Notes under the pieces: generated by a model
The model's database searches: none
What the model saw: only the letters and a program-made list of their open reading frames with translations
What the model was told of the DNA's origin: nothing
Translations under genes and position numbers: made by a program
Assembly: GCA_963796685.1 (NCBI GenBank)
Contig: CAWCMR010000008.1
Coordinates: 384,001-448,000 of the forward strand
Direction: 5' to 3'
DNA from: an uncultured delta proteobacterium
Lineage (GTDB): Bacteria > Myxococcota_A > Polyangia > Fen-1088
Length of the DNA stretch: 64,000 nt
Part shown: positions 52,336 to 61,781 of the stretch, in pieces
How the letters are laid out: each line of letters opens with the position of its first letter
How positions within the stretch are numbered: the stretch's first letter is position 1

Positions 52336-53381
52336 GACGCGATCGCTCCAAACCACCGTGGCGTGGATTCGTCGGGGCCAGGTCTGTCCTGGTCCTGGCG
52401 GCGGCGTTGTCCATCGCCAGCGCGATCCCGGTCGCGGCGCGCGCCGAGGAACCTCAGGCGCTGCGTGTTCTGCTGATCATCGACCGACCCAACGACCCCC
52501 TGATGGCTCGCATCCAGGCCGAGATCGTCGCGCTTGGGCTCACGGTGGTGAGCAGCAGCGCAAGCGGTCCCCTCGAAATCAGCGCACGCGAGCAACGCGC
52601 GGTCGCGGCGGTACGTGAGTTGCCTTCGCACAAGGGTGTCGAGTTATGGATGGCGGATGTGACGACCGGCCGCACGCTCACGCGGCAGCTCATCGTGGAC
52701 GAGCAGCCGGAGGGACCGGATCAAACCCTCGTGGCCATGCAGACCGCAGAGGTCCTGCGCACCGGGCTCTTCCCCAAAGCGAACAAAGCCGTGTCAGGGT
52801 CTGCAAGCGCGCCCGCGACGCCGTCGCCCCCCATCACGACGCCGGCCGCCCCGGCACCAACCGAGGAGACCCGGGTCCGGGCCGGCATCGGCGGCCTGTA
52901 CAGCCTCGGCGGTGCGGACACCGCGCTGCAGGCCTGGCTCTCGCTGCAGCGACGCTGGCGGCACCGTCTCCACATCGCCCTCACCTTGAGCGGGCCGATT
53001 GTCCGTGGCTCGATTTCTGGACCAGAGGGGCGCTCTTTAGTTGGGGCCTACCTGGCCGGCGCCGAGCTTCGTTTCAGCTTTCTCAAAGACGATCCGCACT
53101 GGTTGCTGACCGGTGGCTTGGGTGGCGGCGTCGCCGACCTCCGCACCGAGGGACGCAGCAACCAGCCCCTCGAACAGGCAACGTCGAGCGCTTTCACGGG
53201 CGTGGGCTACGCCCTGGTCGAGCTGGGCTTGAAGCTCTCGACCTCGGCGCGGCTTGGCATTGCGGGGACCGCGGGCACCACCTTCGCGCCCGTGACCATT
53301 CGCTTCGCAGGCAACCACGCAGGCACCTGGGGTAGCCTGCTGCTGGCGATGTTCATGCAGCTCGGCATGGACTGGGAATAG
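52332..53381 (+). CDS. Secreted protein: periplasmic domain + Pro linker + putative small OM beta-barrel (copy 1)
   Basis: Signal peptide (AARA), Pro-rich linker, alternating hydrophobic strands, ends QLGMDWE. Confidence 0.7.
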   Translation: MRRDRSKPPWRGFVGARSVLVLAAALSIASAIPVAARAEEPQALRVLLIIDRPNDPLMARIQAEIVALGLTVVSSSASGPLEISAREQRAVAAVRELPSHKGVELWMADVTTGRTLTRQLIVDEQPEGPDQTLVAMQTAEVLRTGLFPKANKAVSGSASAPATPSPPITTPAAPAPTEETRVRAGIGGLYSLGGADTALQAWLSLQRRWRHRLHIALTLSGPIVRGSISGPEGRSLVGAYLAGAELRFSFLKDDPHWLLTGGLGGGVADLRTEGRSNQPLEQATSSAFTGVGYALVELGLKLSTSARLGIAGTAGTTFAPVTIRFAGNHAGTWGSLLLAMFMQLGMDWE

Positions 53382-53408
53382 AAACACCTTGCAGAAGGAA
53401 TGAGACCT

Positions 53409-53437
53409 TGAGCCGTTTTGCCGCGCTTGCGGACACT
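53409..53437 (+). promoter_or_regulatory. Putative ECF autoregulatory promoter for sigma 2
   Basis: TGAGCCGttttgccgcgcttgcggACACT. Confidence 0.7.
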
Positions 53438-53480
53438 TCCAAGGGGGGGCCAAGGGGCCTCTTCCCTGGTCCGGTGAAGG

Positions 53481-54140
53481 ATGCCGACGAAGCGTATGAC
53501 GACGCGTATGGTTCATTACGAGCAAGCGATGGTCACTCCCCTGACATTCGTCGGAGACCAACGGGCGCTGGTGCAGGCGCTCCGATCAGGCCATCCCGGC
53601 GCCGCCGCGGCTTTCTACGACCAACACAGTTCCCACGTGTACAAGATTCTGCGTTCCGCCCTGGAGACCGAAAGCGACGTACCGGATCTTCTGCAAGAGG
53701 TTTTCATTCGCGCGCTCGATTGCATCGACGATCTGGCGGATCCGGACCTGCTCCAGGGCTGGCTCACCTCTATCGCGGTCTTCACCGCCCGCGCCCACAT
53801 CCGGCGGGCGACCCGACGGGCTTCGTTGGGCGTGTTCTCCCCCGAGAGGACTAGGCCCCAGGAGATCGAACCGCCATCCTCCGATGCACGCTTTGCCTTG
53901 CGCGAGATCTACCAAGTGCTGAACACGATGCCGGTAGACGAGCGCATGGCCTTGGTGCTCCGGATCATCGATGGCATGACCCTGCCGGATGCCGCGCAGG
54001 CATGTCGGACATCGCTGGCCACCTTCAAGCGACGGCTGTCTCGCGCGGAAAAGAAGTTCCTGGTGGCGGTCGCGAAGCGGCCGGCGCTCATACAATGTCT
54101 GGAGGACGGGACGAGATGGAAGCTCCCGAGTCAGGGCTAG
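53481..54140 (+). CDS. ECF sigma factor 2
   Basis: Paralog of 50522 (TPLTFVGD..AL.QALR.GHPGAAA.FYDQH, DLLQEVFIRA, SLATFKRRLSRAEK); exact start uncertain. Confidence 0.92.
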   Translation: MPTKRMTTRMVHYEQAMVTPLTFVGDQRALVQALRSGHPGAAAAFYDQHSSHVYKILRSALETESDVPDLLQEVFIRALDCIDDLADPDLLQGWLTSIAVFTARAHIRRATRRASLGVFSPERTRPQEIEPPSSDARFALREIYQVLNTMPVDERMALVLRIIDGMTLPDAAQACRTSLATFKRRLSRAEKKFLVAVAKRPALIQCLEDGTRWKLPSQG

Positions 54141-55375
54141 ATCCCGTCGGCAAGGTCGTCGAGGAGGCGCTCAAGGTCTGCTCGAACCCGGCCGACGTTA
54201 TCCGCCAGGCACGGGCGGGATTTCTCGAAAAGGTGGCGGCCCGAAACGCGTCCAAAGACGCTTGGTCGCGGCGATCCCGGTTTCGGCGCTGGGGGTTTGC
54301 GCTGGCGGCAGCGGCAGCTGCCGCGCTGGTGGTCGGCGTCGAGCTCTGGTCGACTCGTCCCATCACCTTCCGGGTCGGCGCCGGCGCGACCACCGGCCGG
54401 CCGGACGATCTCATCGAGGCGCCGACCGGCAAACCGGTCTCCGTTCACTTCTCCGAGGGAAGCTCCTTCCTGCTCCATGGCGGTGGCCGTGCGCGCGTGT
54501 TGGCCACGGAGGTGCGCGGTGCCCGCGTGCTCATCGACAGCGGCGACATGGAGGTGGCCATCACCCATCCCAACTTCCGGCCCGGGCGGTGGAACTTCGA
54601 GGCCGGCCCCTTCCGCGTCCAGGTCACCGGAACGCGCTTCCATCTGGCCTGGCATCCGGCAACCCAGCGCTTCGTCCTGGCTACGACGGAGGGCCGCGTG
54701 ATCGTGTCGGCCTCGTGCATGCCGGCGGTGCGCGCCGTGGCGGCGGGCGAGAGCGTCGACCTTTCCTGCGCACCCGGGGCTTTCCCCGCAGGCCCGGCCA
54801 CGGGGCCGGCCGAAGCCAAGCCCGAAGCCAAGCCCGACGTGACGCCATCCGAAGCACCGACAGCGCCGACGGCAACGGAGATTTCTGCGCCCAAGCCTTT
54901 GCCCAGGATCCCGGCGTGGCGCGAGCGCATCGCCGCCGGACAAGTCACCGACGGCCTGCGTGCGGCCGAGCAGGCAGGTTTTGCTCGCGTGTGCCAAGAG
55001 GCGAGCCTCAAAGAGCTGGTCACGCTGGCCGACGCCGCCCGTCTCACCGGCCACGGCAGGCACGCCACCCTAGCGCTGCACGCGCTGCGCCAGCGTTTCC
55101 CTCGCACAAAGGAGTCCTCCACGGCGGCCTTCACCTTGGGCCGCATCGCCTTCGAGCAGCGCGGTGCCTACCAGGAAGCCGCACAGTGGTTCGGCACCTA
55201 CTTGGTCGAGCAGCCGAGCGGTCCCCTCATGGGGGACTCGGTGGGCCGCCTGATGGAAGCCCGGCAGCGAGCAGGAGACATGGCTGGCGCCCGACAGGAC
55301 GCCGAGCGATACTTGCGGCGGTTCCCCGAAGGCCCTTACGCCTCGGAGGCCAGGGCCATCTTGCAGAATCGATGA
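54116..55375 (+). CDS. FecR-domain transmembrane anti-sigma with C-terminal TPR (copy 2)
   Basis: TM, RPITF, FSEGSS, AGPFRVQVTGTRF, YLRRFPEGPYASEAR. Confidence 0.85.
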   Translation: MEAPESGLDPVGKVVEEALKVCSNPADVIRQARAGFLEKVAARNASKDAWSRRSRFRRWGFALAAAAAAALVVGVELWSTRPITFRVGAGATTGRPDDLIEAPTGKPVSVHFSEGSSFLLHGGGRARVLATEVRGARVLIDSGDMEVAITHPNFRPGRWNFEAGPFRVQVTGTRFHLAWHPATQRFVLATTEGRVIVSASCMPAVRAVAAGESVDLSCAPGAFPAGPATGPAEAKPEAKPDVTPSEAPTAPTATEISAPKPLPRIPAWRERIAAGQVTDGLRAAEQAGFARVCQEASLKELVTLADAARLTGHGRHATLALHALRQRFPRTKESSTAAFTLGRIAFEQRGAYQEAAQWFGTYLVEQPSGPLMGDSVGRLMEARQRAGDMAGARQDAERYLRRFPEGPYASEARAILQNR

Positions 55376-56466
55376 ACCGCTCGAGCTCTCACCACGACGC
55401 TCGCCGTCGCTTGTCGGGAATTTGTCTGTCCGCCGCACTGGGCGCGGCCCTGCTGACGCTACCATCGGCCGTCGCGGCCTCGGCCACAACCGCCGTCGAG
55501 GAGCGGCCCGCTCGGCGCGTGCTGCTCCTCGCGGATAAGCCCGGCGATCTGTTCGTCGAGCGAATCAAGGCCGAGATCGAGGGACTGGGACTGACCGTCG
55601 TCGTCCGTGCCCCGTCGGGGCCACTGGAGGAGGATGCTCGCAGCCAACAGGCCATCGCCGCCATCCGACCGCTGCCGGCCCGCAACGGGGTCGAGGTGTG
55701 GATGGCGGACGAGACCTCGGGGCGATCGCTGTTGCGCCAGGTGATCATCGACGAAAGCCCCGACGGCCCGGATCAGAGCTTGATCGCCTTGCAGACCGCA
55801 GAGCTCTTGCGCACCAGTCTCTTTCCCAAGACGCCGGAAACGCACACCCAGAATCCACCCGCCAGTCCACCGTCGCCAGCGGCCGAAAGCCCGACGGCCG
55901 CGCCTGCCGGCCCCAGGGCGACCTCGGCGACGGCCGAGACGGCGCGCACTGCCGAGATGGGCGCCCAGGCAGGAGTAGGGACGCTGCTGAGCCCTGGCGG
56001 CCCTGGCCCCGAGTTGCATATCTGGCTTTCCCTGCATCGGTTCTTCGGTCGCCGCTTCGGCCTGGCCGCCGACATCGCCTTGCCCGTCGTCCGCTCCACG
56101 CTCGACGGCCCCGAAGGCAGGGCCAAGATTGGCACCGCCATGGCCGGGCTGGCGTTTCTGTCGCGTCTGCGTCTCCCCCCGACATCGTGGTTCCTGAACG
56201 CCGGCCTGGGGGCGGCCATTCTGCATGTGGGCGTCGACGGCGAGGCCGTGCAGACCTTGATGTCGTCCTCGACCGGCGTGCTCACCGGCGCGGGCTACGC
56301 TCGCGTCGACGGCGGCTACGCTCCGGCCGATTGGCTGCGCCTTGGCCTGCACGTGCTGGGGGGCGTCTCCCTCGACCGCGTGCATTTCCAATTCGCCGGA
56401 AACGACGCCGGAGTCTGGGGCCGTGCCTTCGCTGCCGCAGCCCTCTTCGCGGAGCTGGACTGGTAG
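55372..56466 (+). CDS. Secreted protein with putative small OM beta-barrel (copy 2)
   Basis: Paralog of 52332 (RVLL, GVEVWMAD, GPDQ, QTAE.LRT.LFPK, FAGN.AG.WG); ends FAELDW. Confidence 0.7.
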   Translation: MNRSSSHHDARRRLSGICLSAALGAALLTLPSAVAASATTAVEERPARRVLLLADKPGDLFVERIKAEIEGLGLTVVVRAPSGPLEEDARSQQAIAAIRPLPARNGVEVWMADETSGRSLLRQVIIDESPDGPDQSLIALQTAELLRTSLFPKTPETHTQNPPASPPSPAAESPTAAPAGPRATSATAETARTAEMGAQAGVGTLLSPGGPGPELHIWLSLHRFFGRRFGLAADIALPVVRSTLDGPEGRAKIGTAMAGLAFLSRLRLPPTSWFLNAGLGAAILHVGVDGEAVQTLMSSSTGVLTGAGYARVDGGYAPADWLRLGLHVLGGVSLDRVHFQFAGNDAGVWGRAFAAAALFAELDW

Positions 56467-56571
56467 TCAAGCCCCGCGGACTGCCCAGCCCGGTGGCCCG
56501 ATACCGCGGGCTGCGATTTGTGTTACGGTTTCGCCCGGCCCCCGCGGCCGTCCTATTACGAGGGAGAAATC

Positions 56572-57465
56572 ATGCCAGAAGCCGATACCGCGTCGAAAGC
56601 GGAAAAAGAATTTCACGTCAAGCTGCCGCAGGAGAGCCACGCCTTCTTTCTCAAGGGCTCGAATTGCCACGACTGGGGCATGAACAACCGGCTGGCCCGC
56701 ATCTTCAATCCGCAGTCGGGCAAGGCCGTGATGCTGGCCTTCGATCACGGCTATTTCCAGGGGCCGACCACGGGGCTGGAACGCGTGGACATCTCGATCC
56801 TGCCCTTGGCGCCGTTCGCCGACGCCCTGATGCTCACCCGCGGGATCCTGCGCAGCGTGATCCCGCCCGAGTCGCGCAATGCCATCGTCATGCGCGCCAG
56901 CGGTGGCCCCAGCATCCTCAAGGAGCTGTCCAACGAGCAGATCGCGGTCAGCATGGAGGACGCGGTCCGCATGAACGTGTCGGCAGTGGCCGTCCAGGTG
57001 TTCATTGGCGGCGAATTCGAGACCCAGTCGGTGGCCAACATGACCCGCCTGGTGGACGAGGGCAATCGCGTCGGCATCCCGGTGCTGGCGGTGACGGCGG
57101 TCGGCAAAGAGCTCGTCCGCGACGCGAAATACATGCGCCTGGCCTGCCGCATCTGTGCCGAGCTCGGCGCGGCCTTCGTCAAGACCTACTACGTGCCCGA
57201 GGACTTCGAGACCGTGTCGGCTTCGTGTCCGGTGCCGCTGGTCATCGCGGGCGGCAAGAAGCTGCCCGAGCTGGAGGCGTTGCACATGGCCCACGCGGCG
57301 ATTTCGCAGGGTGCATCCGGCGTGGACATGGGCCGCAACATCTTCCAGGCCGAGTCGCCCGTTGCCATGATCCAGGCCGTGCGCAAGGTCGTCCACGAGG
57401 GCGCGAGCCCCGCGCAAGCGTTCGATTTCTATAAGGCCGCCAAGAGCGAAGCCCGAAAGCGCTAG
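56572..57465 (+). CDS. lsrF: LsrF-type class I aldolase/thiolase
   Basis: [61 protein letters not shown]. Confidence 0.9.
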   Translation: MPEADTASKAEKEFHVKLPQESHAFFLKGSNCHDWGMNNRLARIFNPQSGKAVMLAFDHGYFQGPTTGLERVDISILPLAPFADALMLTRGILRSVIPPESRNAIVMRASGGPSILKELSNEQIAVSMEDAVRMNVSAVAVQVFIGGEFETQSVANMTRLVDEGNRVGIPVLAVTAVGKELVRDAKYMRLACRICAELGAAFVKTYYVPEDFETVSASCPVPLVIAGGKKLPELEALHMAHAAISQGASGVDMGRNIFQAESPVAMIQAVRKVVHEGASPAQAFDFYKAAKSEARKR

Positions 57466-57468
57466 CGG

Positions 57469-59562
57469 ATGCAAAACCGGTGGTCCGAATCCGAAGCCGC
57501 GCGGCTCGGCGGCGCCGAACCGGGTAGGCAAGACCTCGCGTTGCTTGCCTACGCCACGCACCTCATCGGCGCCAATCCCGACCTCGCCATGCACGGCGGC
57601 GGCAACACGTCGTGCAAAGGCTCGCTCACCAACGCATTCGGTGAAGCGCAACCCGCGCTTTTCATCAAGCCCTCGGGCATGGCGCTCGCCGACGTAGGGG
57701 CCGACGATTTCGTCGCGCTCGATCTTCGTCACCTGCAACGGCTCGTCGAGCTTCCCGCCATGTCCGACGCGATGATGGCCGGCGAGTTCGCTTGCCACAC
57801 CCTACGCCCATCCACGCGCCGAGCTTCCGTCGAGACCTTGGCCCACGCGGTTCTGCCCCAGCCCTTCGTCTTGCATACGCACCCGAGCGCCATCCTGGCG
57901 CTCTCCAATCGTGACGATGGCGCCGCGGCGGTGGCGGCGGCGCTCGGAAACGCGACCGCGACGGTCCCCTATGCTCCCGCCGGCCTGGCGTTGGCCCGCG
58001 CCATCCGCGACACCCTGGCTCGCTTTCCGGCGGCGACGGCGCTGGTGCTCATGCACCACGGCCTGGTGACGTGGGGAAGGAGCGCTCGCGACGCCTACGA
58101 CGCAACCCTGGCGCTGGTCAACCTCGCCGAGGGCTTCCTGGCCCGAGGCCGCGTGCGTGAGCTGCGCCCGTCGCTTGCGCCCGCCGCCGCGGAGCGGACA
58201 CGACGCTACCTCACCCTGGCGCCTGTCATCCGCTCCGTGCTCGGCCCACGTCACCCGGACGCCATCGCGGAGCGCATCGTGCTCGACACCGAGCTGGGCG
58301 GAGAGATGGTGCGCGTGATCGAGTCGCCCGAAGGCAAGCGCCTGGCCCTATCGCCGCCGATTTCACCCGACTACCTCATCCGGGCAGGACGGCTACCCTT
58401 GTGGCTCGACCAGCCCGCGCTCGACGACGCCAAGGCATTTCGCGAGCAACTCGGGAAAGCGGTTGCCGCCTACCAAGACGACTACCGCGCCTACGTGCGG
58501 GCCCATGCGGCGGGCAGTGGGTTCGACCAGGGCGATTTTCTTCCTCGCGCCCTCATGATTCCGGGTCTGGGCGTGGTGTGCGCCGGCAGGGACGCGGCCA
58601 GCGCGGCCATGATCCGGGACATCATGTTGCAGGGGCTAGTCGTGAAGGCCGCCATCTGGGAAGGTGGCGCGGACTACCTGCCCCTTGGCGAGGACCACTT
58701 GTGCGACATGGAATTCCGCGCCTACCAGCAGGCCAAGAATGCGACCGTCGCAAGCCATGCCCTGCGCGGCAGTGTGGCGCTGGTGACCGGTGCCGCTGGC
58801 GCCATCGGTTCGGGGATCTGCGAAGCCCTGCTGGCCCAGGGGTGCCACGTCGCCGCTGCCGATCTGCCCGGCGCCGCCCTGGATGTGCTCGTCGAGGCTC
58901 TGGGCCGGCGCCACCCCGCGCGGGTCGTGGCCGCCGCCATGGACGTGACCGACGAGGCCTCCGTGTCGGCGGGCTTCGCGCGCGTCATTCGCGCCTGGGG
59001 CGGGATCGACGCCGTGATCGTCAACGCCGGAATCGCGCACGTGGCCCCGCTGGCGGAGCTTACCCTCGGGGCCTTTCGCAAGCTCGAAGCCGTCAACGTG
59101 GAGGGGACGCTGCTTACCCTCGCCGAGGCCGGGCGGCACTTCGCGCTGCAAGGCACAGGCGGGGACGTGGTGCTGATCTCGACGAAGAACGTGTTCGCGC
59201 CCGGTGCGGGCTTCGGCGCCTACAGCGCCACCAAGGCCGCCAGCCACCAGCTCGCTCGCATCGCCAGCCTGGAATTCGCGCCGCTCGGCGTGCGCGTGAA
59301 CATGGTCGCGCCGGACGCCGTTTTCTCCCACGGCGACAAGCGCTCGGGTCTGTGGGCCGCGGTCGGCCCGAACCGCATGAAGGCGCGTGGCCTGGATGAA
59401 CGCGGCTTGGAGGAATACTACCGTTCGCGCAACCTGCTCAAGGCCGAGGTCACCTCCGAGCACGTGGCGCACGCCGTGCTCTTCTTCCTGACCCACCAGA
59501 CCCCCACGACCGGAGCCACCATCCCCGTCGACGGCGGCCTGCCCGAAGCGACACCTAGGTAG
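57469..59562 (+). CDS. Bifunctional class II aldolase / short-chain dehydrogenase
   Basis: HGGGNTSCK, SVET..H, HTH, HHGLVTWG; TGAAGAIG, NAG, YSATK, VDGG. Confidence 0.9.
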   Translation: MQNRWSESEAARLGGAEPGRQDLALLAYATHLIGANPDLAMHGGGNTSCKGSLTNAFGEAQPALFIKPSGMALADVGADDFVALDLRHLQRLVELPAMSDAMMAGEFACHTLRPSTRRASVETLAHAVLPQPFVLHTHPSAILALSNRDDGAAAVAAALGNATATVPYAPAGLALARAIRDTLARFPAATALVLMHHGLVTWGRSARDAYDATLALVNLAEGFLARGRVRELRPSLAPAAAERTRRYLTLAPVIRSVLGPRHPDAIAERIVLDTELGGEMVRVIESPEGKRLALSPPISPDYLIRAGRLPLWLDQPALDDAKAFREQLGKAVAAYQDDYRAYVRAHAAGSGFDQGDFLPRALMIPGLGVVCAGRDAASAAMIRDIMLQGLVVKAAIWEGGADYLPLGEDHLCDMEFRAYQQAKNATVASHALRGSVALVTGAAGAIGSGICEALLAQGCHVAAADLPGAALDVLVEALGRRHPARVVAAAMDVTDEASVSAGFARVIRAWGGIDAVIVNAGIAHVAPLAELTLGAFRKLEAVNVEGTLLTLAEAGRHFALQGTGGDVVLISTKNVFAPGAGFGAYSATKAASHQLARIASLEFAPLGVRVNMVAPDAVFSHGDKRSGLWAAVGPNRMKARGLDERGLEEYYRSRNLLKAEVTSEHVAHAVLFFLTHQTPTTGATIPVDGGLPEATPR

Positions 59563-59666
59563 GGGGATGCCGGTCGCGCATATTGGACAGGTTTCGAACG
59601 AATGCCTCGCCAGTGCCTCATCGTCCTTGAAGTCGGCGCATCGGGGGATCTAGTCTCTGTTGCTTC

Positions 59667-60384
59667 ATGTCGCGCGGCAGCTTCATGGTTGTCCTCTTCA
59701 CCGCTGCGGTTTGGCCAGCCAGCGGCTGCGACAGCACCCTCATCCCGATCCAGGTCCTACCCGGCTGTCCGGATCGGCCGTTGCGCGACCCCGAGCACTG
59801 GGCTGCTTCAGCGCCTGCCACGCAGCTCATCGACGATTTCGAGTCGGCTGACGGCAGGTTGGCGCGGGAGGAAAACCGCAACGGCCAGTGGGTGCTGATC
59901 ACCGACTCCGCCTCCGGGGCGTCCATGGCCGGGACCTCCTCGCTGTGCGTAGCTCGCGGGGCCTACGCAGGTCACTTCGTGCCCGTCGCGTCCGCCGATT
60001 GGGGAGCCATGTGGAACGCCGATTTCCTCGCTCCCCTGGCCGGTGGAGCCCAGCCGTACGACGGTAGCAAGTACGGCGGCCTGTCCTTTTGGGCTGGGTT
60101 CGACGCCGCCAATGGCCCCCCCTTCTCCATTCGTGTGGGGCTGGTGACCGTGGACACCGCCTGGAATGGCGGCGTGTGCAGCACCTACTGCATGGACTTC
60201 CACGGCATCGATGTGACGCCCGGCACGGCCTGGCAACGCTTCGAGATCCGCTTCGACGATCTGAGGCAGCAGGGGTGGGGCGACGTGCAAGCTCCGTTGC
60301 GGCGCGATCGAGCTGGTCGGATTCGTGGTGTGGCCCGATCGGAAGGCCGATCTCTGGCTCGACGACCTCCGCTTCGAGCTTTAG
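59667..60384 (+). pseudogene. CBM-like lipoprotein paralog of 49658..50365, +1 frameshift at ~60310 (238 aa if corrected)
   Basis: Lipobox ASGC; LIDDFESAD, YDGSKYGGLSFWA; removing G60310 restores RRDQLVGFVVW...LWLDDLRFEL*, matching the paralog. Confidence 0.8.
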
Positions 60385-60404
60385 AGGGCGTCTGAAAAGT
60401 GCGT

Positions 60405-61736
60405 CTATCTGGCAGCGAGATCCAGGGTCCCGCTGTTGTCCGGCGGCGGCAGGTCGGTCCAGATGCTCTGCAACATCGTCCCGGAGAGCTGCATGACCCC
60501 GTCGCTTGACGACTTCAGGGTCTGGGCCTCGGCCTGGGCGTCCGCGGGCATGACCTCGTCCCCGGCGTAGTGGGCGACCAAGCCGTCGCCGAGCCACGGG
60601 GCAAGCTGGCCGGCGTCGGTCGGGGCCACCGCGTACGGCGGCTGCTCGATCAGCGTCGTGATGAGGCTTTCGAGTCCCTTGCGCAAGCTGTCCTTGGCGT
60701 AGGTCTGAAAATCGGGCGCGCCACCGAGGTCGTACGCGATGCTGGTGATGTGCTGGGTGGCGATGGCCAAGGTGTCGTCGCTGACGTCGACGATTCGGTA
60801 CGGGCACGGGTAGGTCACGGCCGAGCCGGTTTCCACGTCGTAGATCGACTTGGTGGCCGCGCTCGGGGTTCCACGGGTGATGTCGTTGGCGTGGAAGTGG
60901 CCGGTGAAGACCACCCCCACGCCCCCGTTCGACAGCAGGCTGCCGACGGCGTCCCGGTTGCCGACGACGAACTCGGGGAAGATCAGTGCCTGACCGGCAA
61001 AGTGCTCCAGAACCCCGTGGTGCATCATGGCCATCACGCGAACGCCGCGCTGCTTCGCCTCGTCGAGCCGGGCCTGGATCCATGTCATGGTCGCGTCGAG
61101 AAAACGCCCGGAAGACTGCATCGGGCCACGGGTGTCTGCGTAGATGCACGAATCCAGGGCCAGCAGCCACAGCCCGGGCACGATCTCGGCCACGTAACTG
61201 AGCGAATTGCTATCGCGGGCAATGGCGTCGCCGAACCCGAAGTCCTTGTAGATATCGGCGAAGTCGCCGGCCGAGATGGCGGGAACAGGCGTCGCAACGT
61301 CCCCGGCGTAGCTGGAGGCGCCGCCGTTTTCGATATCGTGATTGCCCGGCACGACGAACACCCGGCGCCCGCCTGTCTTCATCTGGGCGAGATAGGCGGC
61401 CATGGTGTGATGCGAGAGCATCTCGCCGTCCTTGGTGAGGTCGCCCGAGATGAGCACGACCTCGGGGTTGACGGCCGCGACCTCGGCCACCATCGCCCGC
61501 ATGATGGCGTCGCTCTCGGCGATGAGCTTGCGGTCGCTGGCCAGGTAGGCCTCGAAGGCCGCGCCGCTCGTGCCGAGCGAGGGATCGAAGTAGTGCGGAT
61601 CGGAGAAGACCAGCATCTTGACAGCGGGATGGTAGACCGGCGCGGGGCCCGTGTCGGAGCAGGACGGCGCGGACGCCACCAAGCAGACGAGGCAGACGCG
61701 GTGAAGCCAGAAGCGAAACCGAGAGATTTCAAACAT
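60405..61736 (-). CDS. Secreted metallophosphoesterase (calcineurin-like)
   Basis: FSDPH, SGDLTKDGE, PGNHD, MHH, TGHFH. Confidence 0.9.
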   Translation of the reverse strand: MFEISRFRFWLHRVCLVCLVASAPSCSDTGPAPVYHPAVKMLVFSDPHYFDPSLGTSGAAFEAYLASDRKLIAESDAIMRAMVAEVAAVNPEVVLISGDLTKDGEMLSHHTMAAYLAQMKTGGRRVFVVPGNHDIENGGASSYAGDVATPVPAISAGDFADIYKDFGFGDAIARDSNSLSYVAEIVPGLWLLALDSCIYADTRGPMQSSGRFLDATMTWIQARLDEAKQRGVRVMAMMHHGVLEHFAGQALIFPEFVVGNRDAVGSLLSNGGVGVVFTGHFHANDITRGTPSAATKSIYDVETGSAVTYPCPYRIVDVSDDTLAIATQHITSIAYDLGGAPDFQTYAKDSLRKGLESLITTLIEQPPYAVAPTDAGQLAPWLGDGLVAHYAGDEVMPADAQAEAQTLKSSSDGVMQLSGTMLQSIWTDLPPPDNSGTLDLAAR

Positions 61737-61781
61737 GGGAACTCCTGCGCCGCCAACTCTACGAACGAGATGGCCCGGGCG

